A DNA stretch of 62,593 bases, filler included, from Choristocarpus tenellus KU-1152 (GCA_964200185.2; 12 parts of 12 records of this genome joined end to end with filler, not necessarily neighbours in it), one strand, 5' to 3'. Counted from the whole stretch's first letter, positions 37,889-51,892 are shown. Notes: a model not told the origin generated them from the sequence alone. Numbers and translations are program-made.

Positions 37889-38537
37889 CTGCAAACATGG
37901 TCAGTCCATGACCGACAGTGGTCCATGGGCAGCAATGGGCTAGTTCAACATTGGAGGTACATTGAGGCCGTGAAGGTAGTTGGGAGGATTTGGTAGGGTG
38001 GAGAATAGACGTAGGTGGGGTATGGGGAAAGAGGCGACAGGGGGGAAAGGAAGAAAGGTGCTCATCCAACACTTATTGAGAAGATGAACCGCTCGCCGTC
38101 CTTCTCTTGTGAACACTCACTAAATGCCAATGTCGCAGCAAGGACATTCAAACAGTTCTCATTGCTTTTCTAGGCTTCAACACATTGGCTCCGTTGTACT
38201 ATCAATGCAAAAACAAGAAGGAATACATCAGAATCTACGGCATAAAATCCCTCTATTGAATAGGACTGCAATGCCATCCCTCCGCAAAGTTGGGTATGCT
38301 GGAAAAGCTCAGGGCTGAGGAGGTTGGAACAAGCAAGGCCTGACTGAGCCTATGATTTTGATGTATCAATGTCCATCCCATCTTTCTTTAAAATGTAGGT
38401 CAGAGGGTATTGGTAGCATATGTGTTTCCATCCCAGGCAGATTATTCCCTTCTAAGTATGACAGGACAGCCATATCTGAACAGGGCTGCTGATATTACAG
38501 TGGACCTGGTTCGAGACTCTCCACCACATCCACCTAA

Positions 38538-38592
<55 letters not shown>

Positions 38593-39726
38593 CACACAAA
38601 AGCAAACCTTTGAAGTGCCTATATTCACAAATACATTGGACATACCCTACAACAAGAAACTGCCTCACACATACCCAAGGTAGCACAGCAGGTGCCGCAC
38701 GACAAAAACCATGGATAGTCCCAAGCAGGAATAGAACTCAAAGGGCGGAGGGCAGTGAAGGACTCTTATGGCAAGGCGAAAGAATGAAGACCCTACATGC
38801 AAATAATCCAGACCGGTAGTATCAAAGCAGTCATCAGTACGAACTACAGCAATAAGAGTGAGTGACAGAAGATCAGAAGATCCAAGATCCATGGGGAGAA
38901 CGCCTCCCTTGTCTGACTGCCTCTACCTTTTCCCCAACCCTCTCCACCCTCCACACAGGACACCAGGTTGGGATTACTCCCTGGAGTAAATCATGGCAAC
39001 CCATCTTAGGGACAAGCGCATATCCTTTAGGAAAACGGACACACACCCTAATCTCATTCCCACACTAGAGGTGAAAAACATAGTGAGGGAAAACATATTG
39101 GATACCTCGTGCCGCTCTACCAAAAAAAAATAGACTACACCCCTGAACACCCTTGTACTGGAAAATTGTCTTCGACAACTACCCAGCACCTTGAACACAA
39201 AAAAAAACACTCTTCAAGGTATATATACTGCACAAAACCAGTTGGGAACACCTCCCCTTCCTCCATACCCCCCGTGGACTACCCCCCCCCCCCCCCCCCC
39301 CNNNNNNNNNNNNNNNNNNNNNNNNNNNNNNNNNNNNNNNNNNNNTTAATTAATTAANNNNNNNNNNNNNNNNNNNNNNNNNNNNNNNNNNNNNNNNNNN
39401 NTGCTGATAAGAACAGCCCCAAGTTCATTCCTCCTGTGCCCCCCCCCCCGCCCCCTCCCCCGCCCCTCTTGCATTCTCTCTTGCCTCATTTTCCCCCTAT
39501 ATTTGCTTACCTATGGTATGGGTACATGTTGTGTGTGATGGTTTGTCTGGTGGCGGCGTGGATCACATTTTTTTTTCTGATTTTTTATGCGGAAGTTTCA
39601 TGTATTGAAAAAATCTTCTTTTATACCAACATGTTGCAAACACTACTTTGACCATTAATTACCCTTGTGTTTGTGGATACATCCTAATATGTGCATTGCT
39701 AATATATACATACGCACATAACTGTG

Positions 39727-39865
39727 TACATATATACATACACACATACATACATACACACATATATATACATACATACATACATACATACACACATATA
39801 TATACATACATACATAATACATACATACATACACACATATATATATACATACATACATACATACA

Positions 39866-39899
<34 letters not shown>

Positions 39900-39900
39900 C
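39727..39900 (+). repeat. (TACA)n/(TA)n/(CA)n compound microsatellite
   Basis: Read directly from the sequence. Confidence 0.95.
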
Positions 39901-40112
39901 AAACCTGTTGATATTTTTGTTTTTTTGTTGGCTTGGACTCATCGTGCTTGTGCGTTTGGCATTTCTATTTGTATTTTTATTTTTATATCCACACATTTTA
40001 TTTTCTTTAGTATTTTCTTTCTTCCCTTTTTTTTTTTTTTTTTTTTTTTTTTTATTTTTTTTTTTTGGGGGTGGTTTCCCTTCTTTCCTTTTTTTTTTTC
40101 TTTTTCCGAGAG

Positions 40113-41466
40113 GTTGGAAGGGAAGAGCGGGATCTCCAAGGACTTCTCGTGGGTGGTGGCGTGAACCCCATGAACAACAAGGACCCTCGAGTGATGCTGA
40201 GCGAGCACGAGCGGAAGGTGAGGGTGTGTGTGTGTGCTTGTGTATACCTTGGTGAAGTGGGAGTCCTTGGGTGGGGTAGGTAGGGAAGGATCGACCTCCC
40301 TTGGAGTAGTGGTGAGTTATGTGGAAGAGGATAGCGTGTGCTTCCCTAGTGGAGGGAGGGAGGGAGGGTAAGGGTCGGTGAAATCCCTACAATCGTTGTT
40401 GTGGGCAAGGGAGAACTTGGACGCGTGTGCAAGGGGGGTCAATCCGAAGCTGTGGGCAAGGTGGAGATGGGAGCTGGCAAGAACTCGTTGCTTTTTTTAC
40501 CCTGTTGGTTTGAGAGGGTGCCATGCGCATGTGTATTGATTACGGTTTGTAATTGTGTTTGTTTCGATGAGAATTAGGTCTTTCATGTCTCGGGTTTCTT
40601 AATCATTGCCGTGTGCTTTCTTCTCCCCTCTTTGTGGCCTCTTCCATTAATTCTACGTGAGCAGGTCCTCGAAGGGTCCTATGTGTTGACTCTTTTGCAG
40701 TGTGTACCCTGTGTTTGTACCGTTCCTGGTTTTGGTACTTGTACCTTTTTGTACAATATGAATGTGTGTGTGTGTGTGTCTGTGGAGATCTACTCTACCC
40801 CTTGTTTTCATGATCATCGATGAACCTCTGCGCATCTCTTTTCCTGGTTTGTATGCAGTGTGGATGTGTCATTCTGTTGTGTTTATGTTTGTGTTTGTGT
40901 TTGCGCCTGCCTGACTGCTATCTTACTCGAGGCATCATGGGGCGTGCCTTTTGCTTGTAGGCGAGCTTTTACATAATATGTGCATGTATTATATGTGCAT
41001 ATGATGTCTTGTATATACATGTATTATATGTGCAAATTATGCCTTGTATATATATGTATTATGTGTGCATATTATGGCTTGTGTCTGTGCTTTCTTTAGT
41101 CCCCTCCTGTGTCACGGGTCTCACTCTTAGTTTGTGCATCTATGTTTTGTGTTTCACTATTTACACACCATTTGTCCCCCATCTACTATTTTTATTGCCT
41201 GTGCATGTGTATTTATTTATTTATTTGTGTGTGTGTGTGTGTGTGTGTGTGCTTACGTGTCATTCATTTTATGTGTATTTGTTTTGGGGTTTTTTCATCA
41301 GGTGATGAGACTCCTTCGGCTAAGGTTGGGAAGGCGTTTGTTGCCACCGTCACGCCTTCCTGGAAAGGAAAACCCTTTGAAACCGAGGCCGCCGTACTCT
41401 ACTCTTGGAGCGTTCAAGGCAAGTCATCCCCTCTTCTCCTCCCTACCTCCAACTCGAGGGAGTTGA
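40113..41466 (+). CDS. 3' end of an unknown protein-coding gene (two exons)
   Basis: GC-rich exons 40113-40217 (VGREERDLQGLLVGGGVNPMNNKDPRVMLSEHERK; AAG|GTGAGG) and 41302-41466 (VMRLLRLRLGRRLLPPSRLPGKENPLKPRPPYSTLGAFKASHPLFSSLPPTRGS*), each preceded by a pyrimidine-rich acceptor. No family recognised. Confidence 0.5.
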
Positions 41467-41677
41467 AGTAACCATTTGCTACAACAGCAATTGTTGTTCT
41501 TACATTTTGTTTATTATTTTTTAGTGCATTATGCGGCAACGTTTGAAATCTGGATGATCGCATCAGGTGAACCACGGACTATTCCAGGAAATTTCTGTAT
41601 ACCTGCTGACTAGAAACTTGATGGCCATTGGTTTGCTCCGATATACGAAGGGGAAAAAAAAGGATCTTAATAATAAT

Positions 41678-41719
<42 letters not shown>

Positions 41720-41820
41720 TGAAGTGAAAAGGTTGAAGACTCTGTGGGTGTAGGTTTGACGAACCTGCTTTAGATGGCCTGGTATTCTACATTCCCCTCT
41801 CCTTTTCAAATGAACTTTTG

Positions 41821-42086
41821 GAGTGAAAGTATCTTAGGGTTAGGGTACGAGTTTTACCCTGTTTGTCCGTTAGGGGCTTGGCTTCCCACAGTTTTTTTTA
41901 TGACATTCTACCTACTCCAAAATGTTTCGGAGTAGGTAGAATGTATACATTATGAAAAGGTGTGTGTCTGGAACAAGGATATTGACACTTCCAAACAAGC
42001 ACGATAGCCAAAAATATATCAAAATCGCAACATTGGATTTTGGCCCCCAAACAGACACGGCGCTACCCTCTAAGTTACTTTGACTC
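41821..42086 (-). mobile_element. MITE family 1, full copy D (telomeric repeat in one TIR)
   Basis: GAGTGAAAGTATCTTAGGGTTAGGGTACGAG ... TACCCTCTAAGTTACTTTGACTC. Flanks TTTG|...|TTTA. Perfect 16-bp central stem ACATTCTACCTACTCC/GGAGTAGGTAGAATGT. Confidence 0.92.
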
Positions 42087-42153
42087 TTTATGTATTTCTT
42101 GTACTTGCTCACTAGTCACACCAAATATGCCTAACCTCAAGCCTAGACCTATC

Positions 42154-42193
<40 letters not shown>

Positions 42194-42908
42194 CCTTATA
42201 TTCGCTCCTCTACCGTACCGCGGTCCTCCAGTCTATTTTTTTTTTTTTTTTTTTTTTTTTTTTGGCCAACACCCCTCCTCCCCACCCACCCCCCCCCCCC
42301 CCCCCCCCCCCCCTCCCTTTTTTTAGCAAATAATTGCTTCTGGAAGCTCTCCTTGGTTAGCAGGTGACATATTTTTTTTTTAAACATTTTTTTTTGTTTG
42401 TAGTGTGTTTTTTGTTTTTTACGGGTGTTGAGATGAATGACCCTCTGAAGTACATATATGTTTGTATAAATTATTTTCTTTGATAGTAGTAGTAGATACA
42501 ACAATGAATATGTTCCTTTTTTTGTTTTTTGAGCCAGATGTGGTACCTACCGCCTGACATCGACCCCATTTTTTTTTTCTTGAATTTTTCTGTGAACTAT
42601 AAAAATAAAATAAAAATAGATACCCGTGGAAGTGCCCTGTAAGCCCGCCGTGGACCGATGGTGCTTTCGCTTCTACTTGGACAACTTGAAGGGTTTGGAC
42701 CCCGCCAGGTATTATTTAAAAAAAAAGAAAAGAATATAGTAAGAATAAATAACGATCGACAAATAGTTGCAGTATATATTCTGAAATATATATTTTTTGT
42801 GAGGAATGGAAGATATTCGCGTCTATGCTTGCGTCTTTGTCGAGTTGACTTTTTTTTTCTCATTCGGCTGTTTCTAGTTTGATCTCCCAAAGTAGATACT
42901 GTGAAATA

Positions 42909-42929
42909 GGATCAAAGTATCTGGGGGGG
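42909..42929 (+). mobile_element. Terminus of MITE-like family 2, truncated by contig end
   Basis: GGATCAAAGTATCTGGGGGGG matches the reverse complement of 59915-59935. Confidence 0.55.
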
Positions 42930-43060
42930 NNNNNNNNNNNNNNNNNNNNNNNNNNNNNNNNNNNNNNNNNNNNTTAATTAATTAANNNNNNNNNNNNNNN
43001 NNNNNNNNNNNNNNNNNNNNNNNNNNNNNAGAGAGCGTGGTGGTGTGGGGGTGGGGGGGT

Positions 43061-43092
<32 letters not shown>

Positions 43093-43492
43093 AGGGCAGC
43101 ACAATCAGGGAGTCCACTTGACCTGATCAGTTTCAAAACTGGTTCACACGTACAACAACGGAAAAAACTGAAGACAGGTCGTCATGTCTTGCTTTCCCAC
43201 GCTCACAAGACATTCAAAACAGAACCTCAACCTCAACCACCCAGGAAGTTACAGCATCTATGGTAATTAATTACTTCTGGATCTAAATGAACTCATTCCT
43301 TCACCAAAAATCCATTCCTTCACAGTGCCACTAACAAACGATGCGAAGAGACTTGACCTCAAATCTTTCTACAATATACAACAGACATACATTTTCTTTC
43401 CGCCAAAGAAAAGTACATGCAATTCCCTCCAAAATCTGACGGGGGGGTGAGTCACTGTGCCCCCAATCACTGGCACTCCAATCAGTCCTTAC

Positions 43493-46400
43493 CGATGGTC
43501 CCTCTTCAAGATATCCACCAAAGTCCTCCGTCGTCTTCTCCTTCTGCCTCCAATAGCCTGCTGCTGTAGACTTGCTCTTGATCCAAATCTCACCTACCAT
43601 CCCATCGTCAAGTGCTGCCAATGTCTGCATCGCAAAATACAACATACAACGCGACCAAAACATTGACGTAGACACCCACAAACAGTTCACAAAATAATAC
43701 CACAGGCGATGTCCGTCAATGCGCAACAAGTCTGAAGGTCTAGACCAAGTCTTCAGAGGAAGACCAAACAAGAAAGCAAATGGAGAGAGCCAAGGTATGT
43801 ACGTATCTTGGGAGCTTCACAGTATATGCACCTCTCAAGAGTACAATACTCCTGGTGGTGGCATATATACTGCCACATACTAGGCCCAGAAGTGAACACG
43901 CACTTTAGAGTATATAGTTTGTTTGGGGTCTCGCAAATTAGAAAACATACTGACAAAAAAGAGGGGGGCGTCTACGGTCCCGACAGCACAATATGCACAA
44001 TGACCTGCCAGCGACAAACTGAACAAAGTATCACTGGAAACCTTTTGACTCGGCCAGACAAAGTGGCGTTCTCAATACTTCTTGCAGAATCTGTCCTTAA
44101 GCTGTTCCAGCCGGAGCAGTACACTATTGCGACATTTTTTTTTTTCCAGCCAACAAATATCTTAGAACATGGATTCTAACTGAGCTCATAAAGAGGCAGA
44201 TCAAGGATTCACACACTGGCAGAGATGTTGCGTTCTTTTACAGTGGTATTGTCACAGCTACAGGCGCAGCTAAGAAAAGATGTACACGTTTAGCCCACAT
44301 CACAATCATACTGTTGGTAGTCACAGAGATATCGGAAAACCATGCTTAACCCCAATCCATATCATGGGTTCCAAGGGGTGATTCTCACCCTAACATGTCA
44401 CACTGGGGCACATTTACTCCACAAATAAAAAATAAATAAACACACCAACTGTAAGTACTATGCTTGTTTCAAACAAAATCTGCAGTTGGTAAATACTAAA
44501 GTGTAGGTCCCTGATATTAACTCGTCGATTTTTCTTGGAGAGGTATGATAAGTGCTGTAAATACATTATTTGATACATCACAATTTAATACAAGAAAAAA
44601 AATAAAGGGACGATTTTCAACTGTTAATTTTCATGCCGACTCACACTGCACTAATTAATTGCCCATTGAGCTCAGCGATTTGCACACCACCATGTGCACT
44701 AGGTGCATGTTTCGAATATTACGTAAGAATATACTGAATCTCTTCTAAGGTAGTCAATTACAACCTTCTACTCAAAACGTTTTCTATATTCACAGCACTT
44801 GCATAGATGCACAGCAGTGGAAGGGTCATGCTATCATCACTGCAGACCACGGTACACAACATTAATATCATACCAAAACATTCATATACAAGGAAGTATG
44901 TACAGCACAGATAGAGTTATGGTCTTCATTTGACTTCATGATGTGTTCCGGTTTATGGTTGGAGTTAGTTCTGTTCTTGACAGTACAGCCCCAGTTGCAG
45001 CAATTTCCCTAGGAACACTTAACGATGATAGAGTGACCCTTCAATGGTTGTCCACAGCAATGACATGGGCTCTACGCCATTAGTAGCAAGTGAGTTGGTG
45101 ATAAAAGGGAAAGCTCATGAACAAGTCTGAGTTCTGTGAGGGCGAGAATTCACACTGGGAGGTACACATGCAGATAGTGAAGTCTTTCGCAGGGGAACAA
45201 GAAATAGATAGCGAGGGGCAGGCTGAAAGTTGAAGACTGGATGACTGGGAGGAAGATCAGACCATCAAGGCGTCAAAGGGAAAGGAGTGTTGTAGGAGAA
45301 CAAACAAGGTAGGAAGGAGGGACTGGGGGTGGAATAAAATGTAAAAGCCAAGGGCAGAAGTAGGAGGACAAGAAGGGTCAAGACGAAGGCAACCTCCGAA
45401 CAATCTTTCCCACACACCCACCCTATTGATTGCTCAAGATCAAGTAGGATGTTCGGGGGAGGGGGGAGATCAAGTTCAGGAAGGGTATATGTTTTCTAGT
45501 TAAAAGGCAGGTACGGGAGGGGGGTTTGAGGGGGTGTTCTTAGATTAATGTGGCGTGTTGTGGCGTGGTATAATGTGGTGAGGTAGAGGGTGTTGGAATG
45601 GATTTGCGGAAATTAGCCGTATTGGTTGTTGATTGTATATGTGAAAATTGGTCATGTTGGATATGCGGAAATTGGCCCCTGTGGTTGATGACCGGATATG
45701 CAAAAAATGGACATAGAAGTGTATGGAGTAACAAGAATAGTGTGGGGGAGGGGAGGAAGAAGTGATGTGACTTTGGTTGAAGAGGAGTAGAGTGAATGGA
45801 AGGCGGAGGCGGAGGCGAGGCTGACAAACTAGTCCAGAATTTGCGAGCAAAGAAAAATGTAACTCTTTCTATCAACCACGTAGTACTGCATAGATCTCTC
45901 CAATACTAAACAAGGCACACTCTTGAACATTTTGTATATGTGTGTATCATCTAGGTCCTTCATACATCAAAAAAAAATTGTTACCTCATAGAACAATAGT
46001 ATTAGGGTGACAAGTTGTAGAACAATATTATTAGGGTAACAAGCTGTAGAACAATATTATTAGGGTGACAAGCTGTAGAACAATATTATTAGGGTGACAA
46101 GTTGTAGAACAATATTATTAGGTTAACAAGTTGTAGAACAATATTACTAGGGTGACAAGCTGTAGAACAATATTGTTAGGGTAAAGAGTTGTAGAACAAT
46201 ATTATTAGGGTGACAAGCTGTAGAACAATATTATTAGGGTCACAAGCTGTAGAACAATATTATTAGGGTCACAAGCTGTAAAACAATATTACTAGGGTGA
46301 CAAGTTGAAGATTAATGAGATTGAGATCAAGATTTACCTAACGAATATTTGCCATACTTAAACCACCGTATTGTTGCAGTCAATGCACCACTGGATACTA

Positions 46401-49400
46401 TGGCTATGGTAAGTGCACCCCAACAAGGCATGACTGCGCCATGGTCACTGCTACTTCAAGAACTGGAAAGCATGGTCACTGAAAAAGAAAACTATCTGGA
46501 CGGCGGGGTATGGTAGGGTGAACAGCACCCATTGTCACCACGATACAGTTGATGAATTCTGATGGTTGTTCACAATATTTCAATATTTCCACCAATACCA
46601 ATGGTCAATTGGAGATTCTGATGGTAGGGGATAAGGTACAGACCAATTTTCGACATTTTGCCCAACTGTAACTGTAGCCATGACTGCGGAACAAAGACTA
46701 TATTCTCTTTACTGTGGTTGTAACAACCATGTAGGACTCTGATTAATTCGATTGAGCTGTCAGTGCACAAGCCCAAAAATCTCCCCCGGCTTGAACGGAA
46801 CCCCTCCAGAGGTGCAAAAATCTTGTTCTACGCTCTCTCTCGAGCAAAGGTCCTAGGCCATGAATGTATGGTACAATGGGAGTTGCGGGCAGTGACGCCT
46901 TGCGACCAATGCGCTAGTTTGTGTGATTTCTGTGACCCCTCTGACGATTCAGTCATACTTCTGCTTACACTGTGATATAAAAGAAACAAAACAAAAAAAG
47001 GTTTTCAGCTAACCTATCTGGTTAGCTGTCTGGCTATTCCGATTTAATCGAACTGTCATGGTTCACAAGACTAGTATGTAGGTCTTTGCAATTCCGTACT
47101 CTCCCCTCCAAATTATCTCCTCCATTATATTTTCGCCGTGACAATGACTATAAACAGTTCTTCGTACCATTTCAACATCTCTCACAGTAATAAACACGCC
47201 TCCACAGTGTTAAACAAACCCCCACAGTAATGAACCGACCAAACAGTGAAGGTGCAACCGTGTACATCCCAGACGGCATTACAGAACTTAATGATGACAA
47301 TAATGGCGGAGGAAAGTGAAACTGCTAGGACTCATGTTGCCCTGGAAGGTCATTTGATTAGAGGTGTTAACTCCTACAGGAACTAGACCACCGAACTCCT
47401 AGTTGCAATCGGTTTGAAGAGGCAAGACTTAGTTATAAATTAAAGACTCCACACTCTTTCAGACTATAGGGCAAACAAGCGAACAAAGCTTTCGCTCTGA
47501 CTGACACCTCTGATCAGCTCAGAGTCAAACCTGTAGAGACCTGAGGACGCATCATTCGGTCCTCTGGAGCTTGAGGGCGGGATCTCTAGGTCCAACCTAT
47601 CAATCCTAATCATAGCTGCGGTTCATGCGGAAAAATATTCTTAAAACACTTGTGGACATATCCTAGGAGATGAGTATACTCACATTTACTGACATACCAT
47701 CAGACGAACAACAACTCCATTTCATATGACATCATTTTGGGACAACTTCAGGACAACGGCACCCTCTTAAATGCCTCTTTTTTCTCATTACCAATTGTCA
47801 AGACCAGATTTGGAATTCTCACATCGAGACTTTCAACATGATCTGTGCTTCCCCTTCCAATTTAAAAAAAAAAGAAGCTTGGGTACTGCCCTGTATTGTA
47901 ATCAATTGTAAATTTTGAGCTGCCTGGACCATAGGCGGTGGCAAGGAACTAACAGACCCACCTCAGTGTCCACAATTTGGAGGTCAACACCTCGACTCTC
48001 ACAGGGGCGCCCGCATCCCACAAGGCTGGTAGTCTTGATGCCATCATCCTCACCCCCCAATGCACTTCCCCCAGCTTTTGAAGGACAGAAATAAGCATAT
48101 ACCAGAAGGCACCAAAATCCAGCATCGGGGGGAAGAGTGAGGTTGGCAACAAACACAACAGAGTAAAATAAACAAGCCAAGAATATGGTCAAGAACCTAA
48201 GAAATGCGGGAAATGAAAATGCAATCAAAAACGGGGTGCCCTTCTGACTTTGAAAATGAACATGCATTGTTCAGGATTCATTGATGAGATTAGTTTGTCC
48301 CCGACATGTTTATGAGGTACTACTCTCATCCATACATGGGGCCTTGGCAACCGCATCCATCCATCCAGCAACCTCCGCAGGGAAATTCTAAAGTGTTGAC
48401 TAAACCCCCAAAAGTATTCACTCATCGTCTCTTAAGGAGCTTTTAAATGACGTGCACCAAATGACAGATGAACAGCTCTAATAATTACACTGTGGAAATA
48501 GTATGAACAAGCTTCATCACAACCTCAGAAGCTAAACTGTCAGGTGTAACAACTGCTCTGTAGACAATGTTAGAAATGTCAAATATGCATCATGAAATCT
48601 CACGCACCCTCATTTCCGTACGCCCAGAGCTCAAGCTTGTTATCCACAACATTTACCTGCAAGGTGCAACAAAAGGGAGAGACATATGTGGGAGTGAGAT
48701 AAGGACCGGTTCCTAGGAGGGCTGGAATCCCAAGAAACAGCAGCAAATCATCGAACTTGAGACATGTGCTGTAGTGAACACCTCGGCAGGATGTTGAAAA
48801 GTTCACCATGTTGAGGTTTCATGGGCACAAATCAACTGGCCACTGCAACATGAAGCATGGTCCATCAAAATAGTGTACAGGTGTGTACTACATTTCAAGC
48901 AGTCAACAATGTGATGAAGGAAAAAAGGATAAGGATGCAAGGGAAGAATTCGTACCCAGCTCAGCTCTACAAGTGTACCTGTCTATGTGGAGCCAGTGGT
49001 CGTTTTAGGTACAAGATAAGATGGCCTGGTGATGAAAGCCTAGAAATTTTTTCCCCTTTAAGAGGTCAGATGATTGGATAGGTCTAACCAACCCCCCAAA
49101 AAAACAACCAATCGGCCTGTGCCATGATACCTTCACCTTACGCTCTGTCTCCAGCATGGCACGGTCTACAACGAGACGGCCCTTTCCATTCGAGCAAACG
49201 TACACTGTGTGCTCCGCCAGCCCGTATGTCGGGAAGATCACCCCCCTATATTCATTGTCACAGTAAAAGATAGCAAAGCTCAGAAGCAGATCGAAGTTGG
49301 GACTACATCAAAAGGAATGGGTTGAGGCGGCGGAAATATGAAAAATGAATATTTGGGGAGGCGCAAAAACCTCTGATAATCCCATGGTTGGATACCAGCA

Positions 49401-51892
49401 CCTCTAGACTTTTGACCTTGAACATTGTTAGGAATCAATGCGAGGTATTTTCCAATTCTGTAAGGTCAAAGTGAGTTGGCTTCACCGCTTCAGGCCATAT
49501 GACTCAAACACGGCATAGAAGGTGTCCATGGATTTGGATTCCACTGGCTCTGCAGCATTGATCATGTGCCTCACACTTGAGAGGTCCAGCTGTGGTTTAA
49601 CATCCATTGCAAGGAACTTGCGAGCCGTCAGGCCATACGCAAAGTTTGGCGCCTGCAAGGGAGATGCAAAGGTAACAAGTGTGAGGTGGCAGCTGATGGA
49701 AACCCTTGGGCAATGAGGCTTCTACCCTCTACCCCACTACCGCAAACAACCCCCATATCTCTTCCTCTCCTCACCCCAATACTGATTCACAATCTCAATG
49801 AATAACCTCCCGTCAGTTCGTTCCTTTCCATCTCACCTGCATGTGGGTTCCACGATAGCGTGATATCAGTTCAAGCCACAGAGAAGGGCGGCGGATGAAT
49901 GACAAAGGAGAAGTGTAGAACCCTGATCCACCACAGAACATCAGAGCCAAGTAGGACCCAATTAGTCCCATGTCGTGGTACTACCCAGCCCAGAGCCATG
50001 GTTGGGAGTAGTAGGCAGTGAAGGTTTCGTAATATGTAGAATTCCAGGGGGAGGGAGATAAATTAGTGGGTGGGCATGTCAACAACAGTTGAGTGAGTCC
50101 TGTGCACAGGGCAAGCAACCTTGAGGTTCAAGTCTAATAAAAAGTGATAGATTCTCCCTCCTCTTTCAAATATAGGTGTTTCGGAATGAACGTGTTTATG
50201 GTCACAGGGTATAAATACAAAGGAGGGCACAATACGTGGCATTGAAACCCATCTAACCCTAACCCTAACCCTAACCCTAACCTGATCAGAGCAAAGAGAT
50301 GAAGGACCAATAATTGCAGGAACAGCTAAGGACAATGAACAAAATGTACCTATCTATAATTAAGGCACCAAGCAGAAACACCAAAAAGGGACTTGCACAT
50401 TACAGAAGTGGAACTCATCACTCCCCTGCATCACCCCCCCCCTCCCTCCTGTCATAACAACAAGGTAAGCTGCATCAGTCTATTCTCATATTACATAGAA
50501 GTGGTATGGTGAAGTCATGTTCATCCAAAACAAGAGATGTCTATGCAAGTGAGGGAAAGGCACCTGTGGCAGCCAAGATACCTCCACGGTGTCTTCCTCA
50601 GCCCCCAATCCAGTGACAATAAGGTCAAGGTTGTCCGTCAAGTTCTCATGTGTGATCATCACACCTTTAGGTTCGCTTGTGGAACCTGCAAGAAGAAGTG
50701 GTGGGGTGTGATCTGAACTACGAAGATTTGAGCTTCAGTATCTAGAGCATTTGCATCCCCAGCCAGGTGTCCAATGAGCCTGTGCATCGCATTTTCCAAC
50801 CCTATACTGACGCAGACAGGTGAATAAATGTGAGAAATCCTAACCTGTAGCACACATGACCTACTCTCGGAGGAAATACACAGTCAATGCCACCTGACTC
50901 TCGTTGTACAAGCTGCATAACTTCAGTGGGTCACTTGGGATAGGAATGAACGACCTGCAGAGCGATCACCCTATACCTTCTCCACTTTGGGGGAGCATAA
51001 CCTGAAGTGTACTGCAAGAAGGCCACATCAGACGGCAATGGATCCTGGAAGGCGTTCTTGGGTGCGGGCCCTGTGAAGAGAGTATCTGTGACGATCCACT
51101 TGAGCTGCGGCCATCCTGACCCACCAGCAAATGCGCTCTTGATGTCCGCAATCTAGGGATAGGACAATGGAGGTAAGCATTTCTGTAATGAGTTGGGACG
51201 GAATAGAGGCAGTGCGGTTGGGCAGATGGGCTGCAATCTGTTATTTCAAAGGTGACAGTCAGCATTATTGTCCCACAGCAACGACCCAATAGCTGCCCAT
51301 AGCTCATGCCAATGGCAATTCCAAAAGTTTCAGTAGTAGGAAAGTGCCTTGTCTGTGTTTCAGGGCAATAAAGTTGCCCTTTCACCACCTTTTCCCTCTA
51401 CACCAGCACTGTCGTGTTCAGAAGGAGGGTACGTATGGAGATAGTTAAAGACATTGCAATCAACAGGTGTCACGGAGACTATGATTAAACAAACCTTACC
51501 TTTTTGGCATAGTTGTAAGCCTGGCTCGTCAGGACTACCTCGGCCGATGCAGAAGATTGAATAGCAGTAAACATGTTCAGGTCCTTCTTCAGGCGGCGGG
51601 GGTCTGGTGGGAAAGTTGGTACAGCAATGACGCCAGCGCGAACGCACGCCAGGAAGGCAATAAGGAAGTCAAGGGACGGGGGATACACCAGAAGGCAGGT
51701 TGATCCCTTCGCCAGGTGAAGTTTACCGCGGAGATGGTCGGCCAAGGCATCCGACCGCTCCTTCAATTCCTGGTAAGTTAGGGCGTCGACCTCCACACCA
51801 GCATCATCAAGAAAAGAGAAAACTGTCTTGGAGGGATTCTTCGTCGACCAAAAGTCTAGTGCTTCGAGCAAGGTCCTCCCAGATCCTGACAT
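43493..51892 (-). CDS. Fatty acyl-AMP ligase (FAAL)-type adenylating enzyme, first nine exons (3' incomplete)
   Basis: Exons 51892-51500, 51152-51002, 50685-50564, 49980-49837, 49652-49486, 49245-49131, 48656-48608, 48074-47962 and 43624-43493. Motifs: LTYQEL, LLVYPPSLDFLIAFLACVRAGVIAVPTFPP, AFLQYTSGSTSEPKGVMITHEN, SWLPQYHDMGLIG, QAPNFAY, NAAEPV, PTYGLAEHTVYV, LVGCGRP, VGEIWI..GYW. Confidence 0.92.
45989..46307 (+). repeat. 29-bp minisatellite x11 (TAGAACAATATTATTAGGGTGACAAGCTG) in FAAL intron 8
   Basis: Eleven head-to-tail units with no spacers. Most units contain TTAGGG. Confidence 0.95.
50253..50282 (-). repeat. Interstitial telomeric-type repeat (CTAACC)5, i.e. TTAGGG on the FAAL sense strand
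   Basis: Read directly from the sequence; lies in FAAL intron 3. Confidence 0.9.

Noticed and set aside
39648-40164. YIHT/MYVC-repeat ORFs
   Set aside because: Translations of the (TACA)n microsatellite.
45989-46307. CRISPR-like periodicity
   Set aside because: Units are head-to-tail with no unique spacers, there are no cas genes, and the context is a eukaryotic intron.
47280-47860. Possible decayed LINE endonuclease in FAAL intron 8
   Set aside because: Only vague resemblance (VAIGLKR, LELEGG..LSILII); too degraded to support.
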